From: Candidatus Faecenecus gallistercoris
GTDB taxonomy: Bacteria > Bacillota_I > Bacilli_A > RF39 > UBA660
DNA: 37,666 nt
Direction: 5' to 3'
Assembly (NCBI GenBank): GCA_018713065.1
Contig: DVFU01000064.1
Span: forward strand, 1-37,666
The notes under the pieces: generated by a model
Seen by the model: only the letters and a program-made list of their open reading frames with translations
Database searches by the model: none
Told to the model about the DNA's origin: nothing
Translations under genes and position numbers: made by a program
Shown here: piece after piece, positions 1 through 8,430 of the stretch
Layout of the letters: every line of letters starts with the position of its first letter
Numbering within the stretch: position 1 is the stretch's first letter

Positions 1-693
1 TGGAAATCTTTGGAACAGTATTTAAATCATCCATCTACAGATAATATCTTAGTATTGGTTGTAACAAAACTCGATAAACGTAAGAAAAGTAACGATGTTC
101 TTGTAAAACTTACAAAGGCACTTGCTACTAAAATCGACATTAAGGATTTAGTTCGTAAGTCTTGTGAAGAGTATCAAATTACGCCTAGAACGATTTCTTA
201 TCTCATCGATTATTGTCTTGGTGACAATGAAAAAATTATGACAGAACTAGAAAAATTAAAACTTTATTGTTATGATTCCAAAGAAATTACGACGAACGAT
301 ATCGATGAGATTGTAACGAAGTCTTTAGATGATGATATTTTTACATTGGTAGATGCCATTATGACTAATAAAAAAGCCAAAGCCATCGAACTTTATCAAG
401 ATATGCTTTTGCATGGTGGAGATGCCAAACAAATTTTATCCCTTGTGGCAAATCAATTTACATTGTATTATCAGACTCGTGTTTTAAGGCAAGATGGATA
501 CTCTAGTCCTGATATTGCGAAAGAATTAGGGATTCATCCTTACCGTGTTCAATTGGCATTAGAGAAGACGTATCGGTATACGGATTCTGAACTTTTGAAA
601 AAGATTTCAAAACTAGCTGAACTCGATTATGAATCGAAAATTGGAAAACAAAATGTCGAAGATGGGTTCCTTTTGTTTTTCTTGGCACTATAG
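1..693 (+). CDS. holA: DNA polymerase III delta subunit, C-terminal ~230 aa (5' end lies outside the window)
   Basis: Frame 1 is open from nt 1 to TAG at 691-693. The length and helical-domain pattern (ILVLVVTKLDKRKK, DDDIFTLVDAI, AIELYQDML..G.....ILSLVANQF) fit HolA domains II-III. In Bacillus holA lies next to rpsT-gpr, and both are in this window. Confidence 0.7.
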   Translation, partial: WKSLEQYLNHPSTDNILVLVVTKLDKRKKSNDVLVKLTKALATKIDIKDLVRKSCEEYQITPRTISYLIDYCLGDNEKIMTELEKLKLYCYDSKEITTNDIDEIVTKSLDDDIFTLVDAIMTNKKAKAIELYQDMLLHGGDAKQILSLVANQFTLYYQTRVLRQDGYSSPDIAKELGIHPYRVQLALEKTYRYTDSELLKKISKLAELDYESKIGKQNVEDGFLLFFLAL

Positions 694-702
694 AGGTGTG
701 TT

Positions 703-1104
703 ATGATTGTTTTGATTATCGTGCTGTACATCGTTTTTAAAATAGGACTTGCTAAAGTTTTTCAAAAAGCTGGAAAAAAGTGGTTTTGGGCCTTCATCCC
801 AATTGCAGATCTGTGGGTGTGGATTGAACTTTCCGATAGTAGTGGGGCAGTGATATTCGGTCCAGTTTTTCTAGTATGGTTGTATTCCTGTATTATATCT
901 TTTCCGTTTCTTGGTATTTTTTTGATTATTCTCGCGTTGTTTATAGGAGTTATGTTGTTAGGGCATTGGTTTAAAATTCATTTTATCATTGCTAGAAAAT
1001 TTGGTGGTGGAACTCTTCTGGGTTTAGGACTTATATTTCTACCGTTTATCGTGATTCCGATTTTAGGATTTAGCTCACAACCGTTCGTTTCATCTTTACA
1101 ATAA
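703..1104 (+). CDS. Small polytopic membrane protein, DUF5684-like
   Basis: ATG at 703 sits 6 nt after AGAGGTG. The N-terminal motif KVFQKAGKKWFWAFIPIADLWVWIEL resembles the DUF5684 signature. There are 3-4 hydrophobic helices. Confidence 0.5.
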   Translation: MIVLIIVLYIVFKIGLAKVFQKAGKKWFWAFIPIADLWVWIELSDSSGAVIFGPVFLVWLYSCIISFPFLGIFLIILALFIGVMLLGHWFKIHFIIARKFGGGTLLGLGLIFLPFIVIPILGFSSQPFVSSLQ

Positions 1105-1105
1105 A

Positions 1106-1131
1106 AAAGACACTAGAAAATTAGTGTCTTT
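1106..1131. terminator. Bidirectional rho-independent hairpin at the DUF5684-like gene / rnhC convergent junction
   Basis: AAAGACACTA-GAAAAT-TAGTGTCTTT. The T-run on the minus strand (TTTTTTAT) is better than the one on the plus strand. The hairpin overlaps the last rnhC codons. Confidence 0.6.
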
Positions 1132-2015
1132 AATATTCTTTGGGTATTTAAGAAATTTAATTTGGCAACGTGTTTTAATTTTTCTTCGCCGTATTTTTCT
1201 ACGATTTCTTCGCCAATTTTATCGACTTCTTTGCCGGCACCTTTTGGCAGAGGAATGTGCAATTCGTCACTTAGACGATCGAACTCTTTTAAAAATACAT
1301 AACGGGCTAGGATAGAGGATGCTGCTACAGCTAGGTTTTTATCTTCTGCTTTCGGCATGAACGTAATGCCTCGTTGGATATTTGATGCATCTTTGATGTA
1401 ATCGTAGTATCTTGCTTCTTTGGCAAATTCATCGACGATGATGTAATCGACATCACTTACTTCTTGCATCATTTGATATAGTACTTTGTTGTGCATGATG
1501 GCTTTAATTTTATTCATGTTGACGTCTTTCGAATATTTTTCGTTATATTCGTCGTTTTTTAAGATTAGACATTTATATTTGATTTTTTTAGCAATTTGGG
1601 GAGCGATTTTTAACATTGCATCGTCCGTTAGTTTTTTAGAATCCTTAACACCTAGACTTTCTAGAAAGGGAATATCTTCCTTGGTAACGTAACTAGCGCA
1701 GACGACGATTGGACCAAAATAATCGCCTGTTCCTACTTCGTCGCTACCGACAGAAGTGACGTTATAGTATTGATTGTTTTCCGGTTTTACTTTCTTTTCT
1801 TCTTTACTAGCGCCCATCTCTTGCCACATGGCAGCATCGACATCGGCACTTGTGCCTTGAAACATAACTTTTCCAGATGTGTACATTGTGATTACCGTAT
1901 CGTTATCTTCTGCTTGAAAGACGACGTATGGAATTTCTTTGTCACGTCTTTTATCTTTGTAGTATTCGATCATTTTCTGTTTTACTTCTTCGTTTACACG
2001 AATTACAACGTTCAT
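1113..2015 (-). CDS. rnhC: Ribonuclease HIII
   Basis: Contains GSDEVGTGDYFGPIVV (catalytic DE), DSKKL, and an N-terminal TBP-like domain. I prefer the internal ATG at 2015 (MNVVIRV) because AAGGAG lies 8 nt upstream. The ORF-track start at 2084 has no SD. Confidence 0.85.
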   Translation of the reverse strand: MNVVIRVNEEVKQKMIEYYKDKRRDKEIPYVVFQAEDNDTVITMYTSGKVMFQGTSADVDAAMWQEMGASKEEKKVKPENNQYYNVTSVGSDEVGTGDYFGPIVVCASYVTKEDIPFLESLGVKDSKKLTDDAMLKIAPQIAKKIKYKCLILKNDEYNEKYSKDVNMNKIKAIMHNKVLYQMMQEVSDVDYIIVDEFAKEARYYDYIKDASNIQRGITFMPKAEDKNLAVAASSILARYVFLKEFDRLSDELHIPLPKGAGKEVDKIGEEIVEKYGEEKLKHVAKLNFLNTQRILKTLIF

Positions 2016-2157
2016 AATACCAGACTCCTTATCTCTTTTACTATTATACCGGAAAGATTCAGAAATTGCTATTTGATTTGACAAGAAAGTGTCTTTTTTG
2101 TGTTAAAAGTTTCTAAAATAAGGTATAATGGTAATAGATAGGAAAGTAGGAGTTAGT

Positions 2158-2862
2158 ATGAATATTATCGATGCACTTATTATTTTGTTAATTTTAATGT
2201 TTGGAGTCATTGGATTTCAACGTGGTTTTTTTAAACAGACAGTCGTATTTGTAGGCGAAATCGTTGCCATCGTCGTGGCATTTTTCTTAAAGAATCCAAT
2301 TGCCGATTTCTTGTGTCTCAACTTACCGTTCTTTCATTTCGGTGGACTATTCAAAGGTGTGCAAGCAATCAACATATTCATGTATCAAGTCATTGCTTTT
2401 ATCTTTGTGCTTGCTATTTTGTACATCATCTTAAATGTGTTGATTCGCATTTCTGGTATCGTCGAAAAGATTTTGAAATTCACGATTATCTTAGGTATTC
2501 CTTCTAAAATTTTAGGTGGAATCTTTGGATTAATCGAAGGAATTTTAGTTACATATATCGCTTTGTTTGTATTAAAGCAACCGATGTTTCAAGTTCCGTT
2601 TATCGATGATTCGAAATTGACACCATTCATTTTAGAAAATGTACCGTTTTTATCGGATGCGTTAGATCCAACGGTTCATGCCATTACAAAAATTTACGAT
2701 TTGGTTCGCAATGACGAGTTAGATAGTAACGGTTATAATCGCGAAGCCATTCGAATTATGTTAGAATATCATGTTGTCAGTCCCGAGTTGATCGAAGGAT
2801 TAGACAACAAAGGAAAAGTAAGCATTCCAGATTTGGACAGTTTACTAGAACAATATCAATAG
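2158..2862 (+). CDS. cvpA: CvpA-family (colicin V production) membrane protein
   Basis: The N-terminus MNIIDALIILLILMFGVIGFQRGF is the typical CvpA start, and there are 4 TM helices. ATG at 2158 sits 5 nt after GTAGGAG. The upstream ATG at 2128 lies inside a TATAAT box. The position next to a divergent rnhC matches Bacillus. Confidence 0.7.
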   Translation: MNIIDALIILLILMFGVIGFQRGFFKQTVVFVGEIVAIVVAFFLKNPIADFLCLNLPFFHFGGLFKGVQAINIFMYQVIAFIFVLAILYIILNVLIRISGIVEKILKFTIILGIPSKILGGIFGLIEGILVTYIALFVLKQPMFQVPFIDDSKLTPFILENVPFLSDALDPTVHAITKIYDLVRNDELDSNGYNREAIRIMLEYHVVSPELIEGLDNKGKVSIPDLDSLLEQYQ

Positions 2863-2872
2863 GAGGGTAATT

Positions 2873-3166
2873 ATGATTAAACATTTAGAAAAAGAAGATT
2901 TTCATAAAGAAATAGAAAAAGGGGCAGTCTTAGTAGATTTTTATGCCACTTGGTGTGGTCCATGTAAGATGATGGAACCAATTCTTGAAAAACTATCCAA
3001 AGAAAAAGACATCAAAGTAATTAAAGTTGACGTCGATCAACACGAAGATTTAGCAAGGGAATACGGAGTTATGTCGATTCCAAATTTATTCTTGTTTAAA
3101 GATGGCAAAGAAGCAAAGAATCAAGTTGGGTATTTACCTTACGAACAACTTGAAAAATGGTTTTAA
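2873..3166 (+). CDS. trxA: Thioredoxin
   Basis: WCGPC active site, MSIPNLFLFKDG, 97 aa, and AGGAGGG SD. Confidence 0.9.
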   Translation: MIKHLEKEDFHKEIEKGAVLVDFYATWCGPCKMMEPILEKLSKEKDIKVIKVDVDQHEDLAREYGVMSIPNLFLFKDGKEAKNQVGYLPYEQLEKWF

Positions 3167-3175
3167 TGAATTCCT

Positions 3176-3646
3176 ATGAAAGCAACTAAGAAAAAGAAAC
3201 CTATCGTTACCATTCAAAAAGGGAACTTTCAAGAATTTCAATTTTATTATGGCGAGTATGCTAAATATTCTGTTTTAGGAAGTGCTATTCAAGAGGGAAC
3301 GGCCACGTTTTATCTCGTTTTAGAAGATGGTCTTTATATGAAAGACTTTTGGACTTACGATATGCCAGATGGAGTGTTAGAACTAGGAATTCCAAATGGA
3401 CCAATCAAACAGACGATATTGGATAAACGATACTTTCCAGAAGTTCTTTCTTATTTTCAGAAAGAAAAAGTAAAAAGTCTCATCGTGATGCTCGTTTTAC
3501 GGATTCATGATACCGAAACAGAAGATGCTTCCCAAAAACGAGAGTTTTTAGAACATTATGGTTTTATTCCTATCAATAACCTTCAAAATGACGATGTATC
3601 GATGGTTCAGTTACAATATTCAATTTTAAAGAAAAAAGACGTTTAA
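3176..3646 (+). CDS. Hypothetical protein (156 aa)
   Basis: This is the only long ORF in the interval and is tightly packed 9 nt after trxA. No clear SD and no motif I can name. The C-terminal part (REFLEHYGFIPIN) is vaguely GNAT-like. Confidence 0.45.
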   Translation: MKATKKKKPIVTIQKGNFQEFQFYYGEYAKYSVLGSAIQEGTATFYLVLEDGLYMKDFWTYDMPDGVLELGIPNGPIKQTILDKRYFPEVLSYFQKEKVKSLIVMLVLRIHDTETEDASQKREFLEHYGFIPINNLQNDDVSMVQLQYSILKKKDV

Positions 3647-3660
3647 TCCGTCTTTTTTTT
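3632..3660. terminator. Bidirectional hairpin containing both convergent stop codons
   Basis: AAAAAAGACG-TTTAATC-CGTCTTTTTT followed by TT. A/T runs flank it on both sides. Confidence 0.6.
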
Positions 3661-4230
3661 GATGTATGTTTTGCCGATTACTTTGTAATTTACTTTGTTT
3701 TCGTAAAGTTTTTGGATATCCGTTTGATTTCCGTTGGCGATGATTTCGATGGATTCTGCAAACGTCTTTTCTTTGATTTCTAAGTTTTCTAGTAGACGAT
3801 TCATCTGTTTGGAATCTTGATAATCGTATTGTATTTTTATGACGTAACCTGGTTCTAGTTCGATAATCTGGGCTTCCTCAAGGGCGTTTCGTACACTTCC
3901 AGAGTAGGCCCGAACCAATCCACCAGCACCTAGTTTCATGCCACCAAAATAGCGAATGACGATGGCTAAGAGAAAGTGTAAGTCTTGTTTGATTAGGACG
4001 TTTAACATTGGATTTCCAGCTGTACCAGATGGCTCGCCATCATCACTTGCATGCATATCGATATCTAAAACGTAGGCATAGGTATAGTGAGTTGCAGCAG
4101 GGTATTCTTCTTTTGCATCGTTAATCGCTTTTCTTACTTCTTCTTTGTTGTGAACTCGGATTAAAAGGGTAATAAAACGAGATTTTTGAACGATTTGTTC
4201 GCTCTTTAGATTGTGTTCGATCGTTTTCAT
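3643..4230 (-). CDS. yigZ: YigZ / IMPACT-family (UPF0029) protein
   Basis: SDDGEPSGTAGNPML and RYFGGMKLGAGGLVRAY are the family signatures. GGTGATG SD is present. 195 aa. Confidence 0.8.
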   Translation of the reverse strand: MKTIEHNLKSEQIVQKSRFITLLIRVHNKEEVRKAINDAKEEYPAATHYTYAYVLDIDMHASDDGEPSGTAGNPMLNVLIKQDLHFLLAIVIRYFGGMKLGAGGLVRAYSGSVRNALEEAQIIELEPGYVIKIQYDYQDSKQMNRLLENLEIKEKTFAESIEIIANGNQTDIQKLYENKVNYKVIGKTYIKKKTD

Positions 4231-4283
4231 AACATCACCAATTTCTATTATACTAAAAATGAGCCAAAAATTTATAGTTTTTA

Positions 4284-4292
4284 TGATATAAT
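4284..4292 (+). promoter_or_regulatory. Extended -10 element upstream of uvrC
   Basis: TGaTATAAT lies 24 nt upstream of the ATG. No good -35 is present. Confidence 0.4.
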
Positions 4293-4315
4293 AAATAAAA
4301 AAAGGAGGAACTGGT

Positions 4316-6127
4316 ATGGATCAAGAAACAAAAGAATTTATCAAGAAGAAACTTTCCCTGGTACCGGAACTTCCTGGTTCTTATCAAATGAAAGATAAAG
4401 ATGGTGTCATCATCTATGTCGGAAAGGCCAAAAACTTACATCGTCGTGTCAGTTCTTATTTTACGAGAACGGTTACGGGTAAGACGGCGATGTTGGTGGC
4501 AGATATCAAAGATTTCGATTATATCGTCACATCTTCTGAATTAGAGTCATTGATTTTGGAAATTACGTTAATTAAGAAGTACGATCCGAAATACAATATT
4601 TTATTGCGGGATGATAAAACGTATCCGTATATCGAACTTACGACGGAGAAGTATCCTAGAGTACGTGTCATTCGGAATGTAAATAGAAAGAAGAAAACGA
4701 CTCATATGTTTGGTCCTTATCCCAATGTGACGAGTGCTAGACAGACCGTAGAAATCATCAACCGCATTTATCCGTTACGAAAATGTGAAACATTGCAGAA
4801 AGATGTTTGCTTGTATTACCATTTGGGAGAATGTTTGGGATATTGCAAAAAGAATATTGACCCGGCAGAAATTAAACAAATGACGAGCGAGATTACGAGT
4901 TTCTTAAAGGGCGATGCAAGCATAGTTACGAATAAATTGAAAGCAGAGATGGAACAAGCGAGTGCATCATTAAATTTCGAAAAAGCATTAGAGTTAAAAA
5001 ACATGTTAGATAGCATTCATGTAACATTGCGTCATCAAAAAATCGATTTGAACCGCAAATACAATTTTGATTTACTTAGTTTCTATTCGGATAATGGTCT
5101 CGTTGCCGTTGAATGTTTCTTTATTCGCGAAGGATTGTTGTTCGGTCAACATCACGATTTGTTTTCTTTGGTATCAACGCCAGAAGAAGATGTGACCGAG
5201 TACTTCATCAAGTTTTATGCCAAATCTTCCATGAGTCCTAAGATGTTGGTAGTCGATTCGAAACTAGATCAAAAGTTACTTTCTGATTATTTTGGTGTCA
5301 AAGTGTCTTCACCAAGTAGAGGAAACATAAAAAAATTAATCGATTTGGCAAGAGAAAATGCAAAAATCAATTTAAAGAACAAAGAGGAAGAAATTAAGAA
5401 GAGTGACTCCTCTCGGTACCGGGCGATTGCTAGTTTAAAGAAAATATTGCATACCGATAAGGTTTCTCGAATTGAATCGTTCGATAACTCCCATTTGTTT
5501 GGAACCTTTTACGTTGCGGGTATGGTTACGTTTGTCGACTTTTTACCTCATCGTAACGATTACCGGAAGTTTCGTATCTCATCATCTGTCAAAGACGATT
5601 TGGGTGCGATGAGAGAAGTTTTATACCGCAGATATTATCACGTTATGATGGAGGAAGAGAAAGGGCCTGATTTAATCGTTTTGGACGGTGGAGAAACGCA
5701 AGTGTCGGTCGCAAATGAGGTTCTTGCTTCTTTGAATTTGAAGATTCCTGTCATCGGTTTAAAGAAAAACGATAAACATAGAACAGAATCTTTAGTTTTA
5801 CAAGATTTAACGGAAATTCCCATTAAAGAACATCCGGATTTGTTCGTCTATTTAGGTAGGATTCAAGAAGAAGTTCACCGTTTTGCAATTACGTATCATA
5901 GAAACATCAAAAGCAAAGGAACGTTATCTTCTTTGCTCGACATGGCACCAGGAATTGGGGAAGTACGAAAGAAACAGTTACTTCGTAAATTTGGGTCTTT
6001 GAAGAAGATGAAAGAAGCGTCTTTGGAAGAGTTGGGAGAAGTACTGGGACCAACTTTAGCAGTTCAATTTCAAGAGTTTCTATCCCATCAATTAGAAACG
6101 CAGGAAAGAAGGGAAGAAAATGAGTAA
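4316..6127 (+). CDS. uvrC: Excinuclease ABC subunit C
   Basis: GIY-YIG N-terminus (GSYQMKDKDGVIIYVGKAKNLHRRVSSY), UVR domain (FEKALELKNML), C-terminal HhH2 (APGIGEVRKKQLLRKFGSLKKMKEASLEEL). AGGAGG SD. 603 aa. Confidence 0.95.
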   Translation: MDQETKEFIKKKLSLVPELPGSYQMKDKDGVIIYVGKAKNLHRRVSSYFTRTVTGKTAMLVADIKDFDYIVTSSELESLILEITLIKKYDPKYNILLRDDKTYPYIELTTEKYPRVRVIRNVNRKKKTTHMFGPYPNVTSARQTVEIINRIYPLRKCETLQKDVCLYYHLGECLGYCKKNIDPAEIKQMTSEITSFLKGDASIVTNKLKAEMEQASASLNFEKALELKNMLDSIHVTLRHQKIDLNRKYNFDLLSFYSDNGLVAVECFFIREGLLFGQHHDLFSLVSTPEEDVTEYFIKFYAKSSMSPKMLVVDSKLDQKLLSDYFGVKVSSPSRGNIKKLIDLARENAKINLKNKEEEIKKSDSSRYRAIASLKKILHTDKVSRIESFDNSHLFGTFYVAGMVTFVDFLPHRNDYRKFRISSSVKDDLGAMREVLYRRYYHVMMEEEKGPDLIVLDGGETQVSVANEVLASLNLKIPVIGLKKNDKHRTESLVLQDLTEIPIKEHPDLFVYLGRIQEEVHRFAITYHRNIKSKGTLSSLLDMAPGIGEVRKKQLLRKFGSLKKMKEASLEELGEVLGPTLAVQFQEFLSHQLETQERREENE

Positions 6128-7877
6128 AATTCATGTTATGGACGAAGGTCTTGCCAACAAGATTGCGGCCGGAGAAGTTGTCGAACGTCCGATGAATGTC
6201 GTCAAAGAATTGACAGAGAATGCAGTCGATGCTAAAAGTACCGAAATCAGTATCTTTTTACGGGATGCTGGTGTGAAAGAAGTAAAGGTAGTCGACAATG
6301 GAATCGGTATGGACCGGGAAGATGCGACGTTAGCATTCTCTCGCCATGCGACTTCTAAGTTACGCGATTTAAACGATCTGTTTCACATCATGTCATTAGG
6401 GTTTCGTGGCGAAGCGCTTCCTTCTATCGCTGCCGTTAGTGAAGTAACTTTAAAAACATCGAATGGTGAAGAGGGCACGGAAGTTGTCATCGACGGTGGT
6501 GTCATGCAGAAAGTATCTTCATCCGATATCCGAGTTGGAACTAGTATTTCCGTTCGCAATTTATTTTATAATACGCCTGTTAGATTGAAGTATTTAAAGA
6601 ACTTGTATGCTGAACTTGCAGTCATTACAGAGTACATTAACAAGATGGCTTTGAGTTATCCGAATATCAAATTCACTCTCGTGAACAATGATAAAACTCT
6701 TTTAAAAACGGATGGTTCGGGAAGGTTACTGAAAGTCATCAACGACATCTACGGAATTCAAGTTACCAAGAATATGATTTACGTGGAAGGAGATAGTGAC
6801 GACTATAAAATTCATGGTTACATCTCTAGGCCGGAAGTCGTCAAAGGAACCAGAAACAGTATTACGACTTTAGTAAATGGCCGTGTCATTAAAGATAATG
6901 AATTAAACCGTACGATTTTAGATGCTTATCACACGTATATTGCGGTCGATAAATCGCCGATTGTCGTTATGTCTATCGAAGTAGATCCGAACTTAGTCGA
7001 TATCAATGTTCATCCGACGAAAATGGATATCAAGTTTTCTAAGATTGAAGATTTAAAATATTTAATTACGAAGTTAATTGACGATCAGTTACAGACTAAG
7101 AATTTAATCCAAGTTGGAATTGATAAAGTCGATATGTCTAAAGTGGAAACACACGTCACCAATCACTATGCAAATGTAAACATCAAAGATGAGTTCGATT
7201 CTGAGAAGAAGGATGAAGAGTTCGCTGAATTTGAAAATATGCAACTGGATTTACAAGTCGAAGAAAAGCAAGAAGAATATCATCCGGCAGAGCCTAGAAT
7301 CAAGCCTATGACACCGATCGGAGCCATTCACTGTACTTATATCATTGCCGAAAACGAAGACGGAATGTACGTCATCGATCAGCATGCTGCTGCAGAACGA
7401 GTCAATTACGAAAAATTCATGCGCGAACTTAGTAAAAAAGAAAAAGCAAAGATGGATTTACTCGTGCCGATTAAAATTGAACTGCCAACGAACGATTACC
7501 TAATTTTAAAACAGCATTTGGATGTGTTAGATACGATTGGAATTACGTATGAAGAGTTCGGTTTTAATACGTTACTGATTCGGAGTACACCAGTTTGGTT
7601 TAAAAAAGGAGAAGAGGAAGCATCCATTCATACCGTCATCGATATGATTATTGAGACGAAGACGTTTGAAATTTCAAAATTTATTGAAAAAGTTGCTACT
7701 TCTCTTGCTTGTAAGACGAGTATCAAAGCAAACGATTACATTTCATTAGAAGATATGAAAGTGTTACTAGAACAGTTACGGCATGCCGATAATCCATTTA
7801 CGTGTCCACATGGACGGCCATCGATTATCAAATATACCAATTACGATTTAGAGAGGTTGTTTAAACGCGCAGAATAG
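6120..7877 (+). CDS. mutL: DNA mismatch repair endonuclease MutL
   Basis: IAAGEVVERP, DNGIGM and GFRGEAL form the GHKL ATPase. Endonuclease motifs are DQHAAAERVNYE, ACK and FTCPHGRP. A clamp-like motif MDLLVP is present. The start overlaps the uvrC stop by 8 nt. Confidence 0.95.
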   Translation: MSKIHVMDEGLANKIAAGEVVERPMNVVKELTENAVDAKSTEISIFLRDAGVKEVKVVDNGIGMDREDATLAFSRHATSKLRDLNDLFHIMSLGFRGEALPSIAAVSEVTLKTSNGEEGTEVVIDGGVMQKVSSSDIRVGTSISVRNLFYNTPVRLKYLKNLYAELAVITEYINKMALSYPNIKFTLVNNDKTLLKTDGSGRLLKVINDIYGIQVTKNMIYVEGDSDDYKIHGYISRPEVVKGTRNSITTLVNGRVIKDNELNRTILDAYHTYIAVDKSPIVVMSIEVDPNLVDINVHPTKMDIKFSKIEDLKYLITKLIDDQLQTKNLIQVGIDKVDMSKVETHVTNHYANVNIKDEFDSEKKDEEFAEFENMQLDLQVEEKQEEYHPAEPRIKPMTPIGAIHCTYIIAENEDGMYVIDQHAAAERVNYEKFMRELSKKEKAKMDLLVPIKIELPTNDYLILKQHLDVLDTIGITYEEFGFNTLLIRSTPVWFKKGEEEASIHTVIDMIIETKTFEISKFIEKVATSLACKTSIKANDYISLEDMKVLLEQLRHADNPFTCPHGRPSIIKYTNYDLERLFKRAE

Positions 7878-7887
7878 GGGAGTTTTT

Positions 7888-8430
7888 ATGAATTTACAGG
7901 ATCAAGAATTTAATAACGTGTATTTTGCATCGATGATGCAAAGCTTAGGAGCGGTGAATCCAATAACCAATTGGTATGTCGAACTTTGTGATGCAGAAAG
8001 CATGCCAGTTTGCCATTATTTACCGAAGAGAACTAATGTATCGCATCACGTGTTGCATTGTAATCACAATACGATTTCGTGTAATTTAGATCAGCTGCTT
8101 TTTTTAGCAGAGGATAGATACGTGTTGGCAAATGGTTTTTTTCCGGAGTTACCTTTGCTTATCGATCGATTAGAAGTTTGTGCGAATAATGAGTCATGTT
8201 CTTATGAGTTTTTTGTTGGAGTTTGTGGGGATGCAAAGAGCGATGCTGTTAAGTTAGATATCGAGCAGTACCGTGATTTACGGAACTTTTTGACGGACGA
8301 ATATGGAATCGATACTTCAAATGGTCTATTTGTTTACGAAGAAGAACGGGTCGATATGGGAATTAAATCCTATTTTCTATACTACGATCGACCTGCTACA
8401 TTGCCGCATCGGAAGTGGTATTTATGTTAA
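7888..8430 (+). CDS. Hypothetical Cys/His-rich protein (180 aa)
   Basis: GGGGAG SD lies 6 nt upstream of the ATG. The gene fills the gap between mutL and miaA, and its 3' end overlaps the miaA start. It has 9 Cys, including the cluster CDAESMPVCHYLPKRTNVSHHVLHCNHNTISC. I recognise no family. Confidence 0.55.
   Translation: MNLQDQEFNNVYFASMMQSLGAVNPITNWYVELCDAESMPVCHYLPKRTNVSHHVLHCNHNTISCNLDQLLFLAEDRYVLANGFFPELPLLIDRLEVCANNESCSYEFFVGVCGDAKSDAVKLDIEQYRDLRNFLTDEYGIDTSNGLFVYEEERVDMGIKSYFLYYDRPATLPHRKWYLC

Noticed and set aside
1124-2081. Plus-strand ORFs (1124-1315, 1486-1692, 1770-2081) inside the rnhC region
   Set aside because: They lie antisense to a CDS with unmistakable RNase HIII motifs, have low-complexity F/L/I-rich translations and have no SD. 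They are typical shadow ORFs of AT-rich DNA. The same reasoning applies to other antisense track ORFs: 503-688, 4816-5016, 5638-5823, 5907-6134, 14158-14412, 15499-15732, 28162-28377 and 28497-28739.
2078-2083. Perfect TTGACA hexamer upstream of cvpA
   Set aside because: The only good -10 (TATAAT 2124-2129) is 40 nt away. The hexamer at the correct 17-nt distance is TGTTAA. It cannot be supported as a promoter.
4187-4201. LexA/DinR-like inverted repeat TGAACGATTTGTTCG upstream of uvrC
   Set aside because: The half-site spacing is 5 nt, not the 4 nt of the CGAAC-N4-GTTCG Cheo box. The first base deviates. The site lies inside yigZ coding sequence more than 110 nt from the uvrC start.
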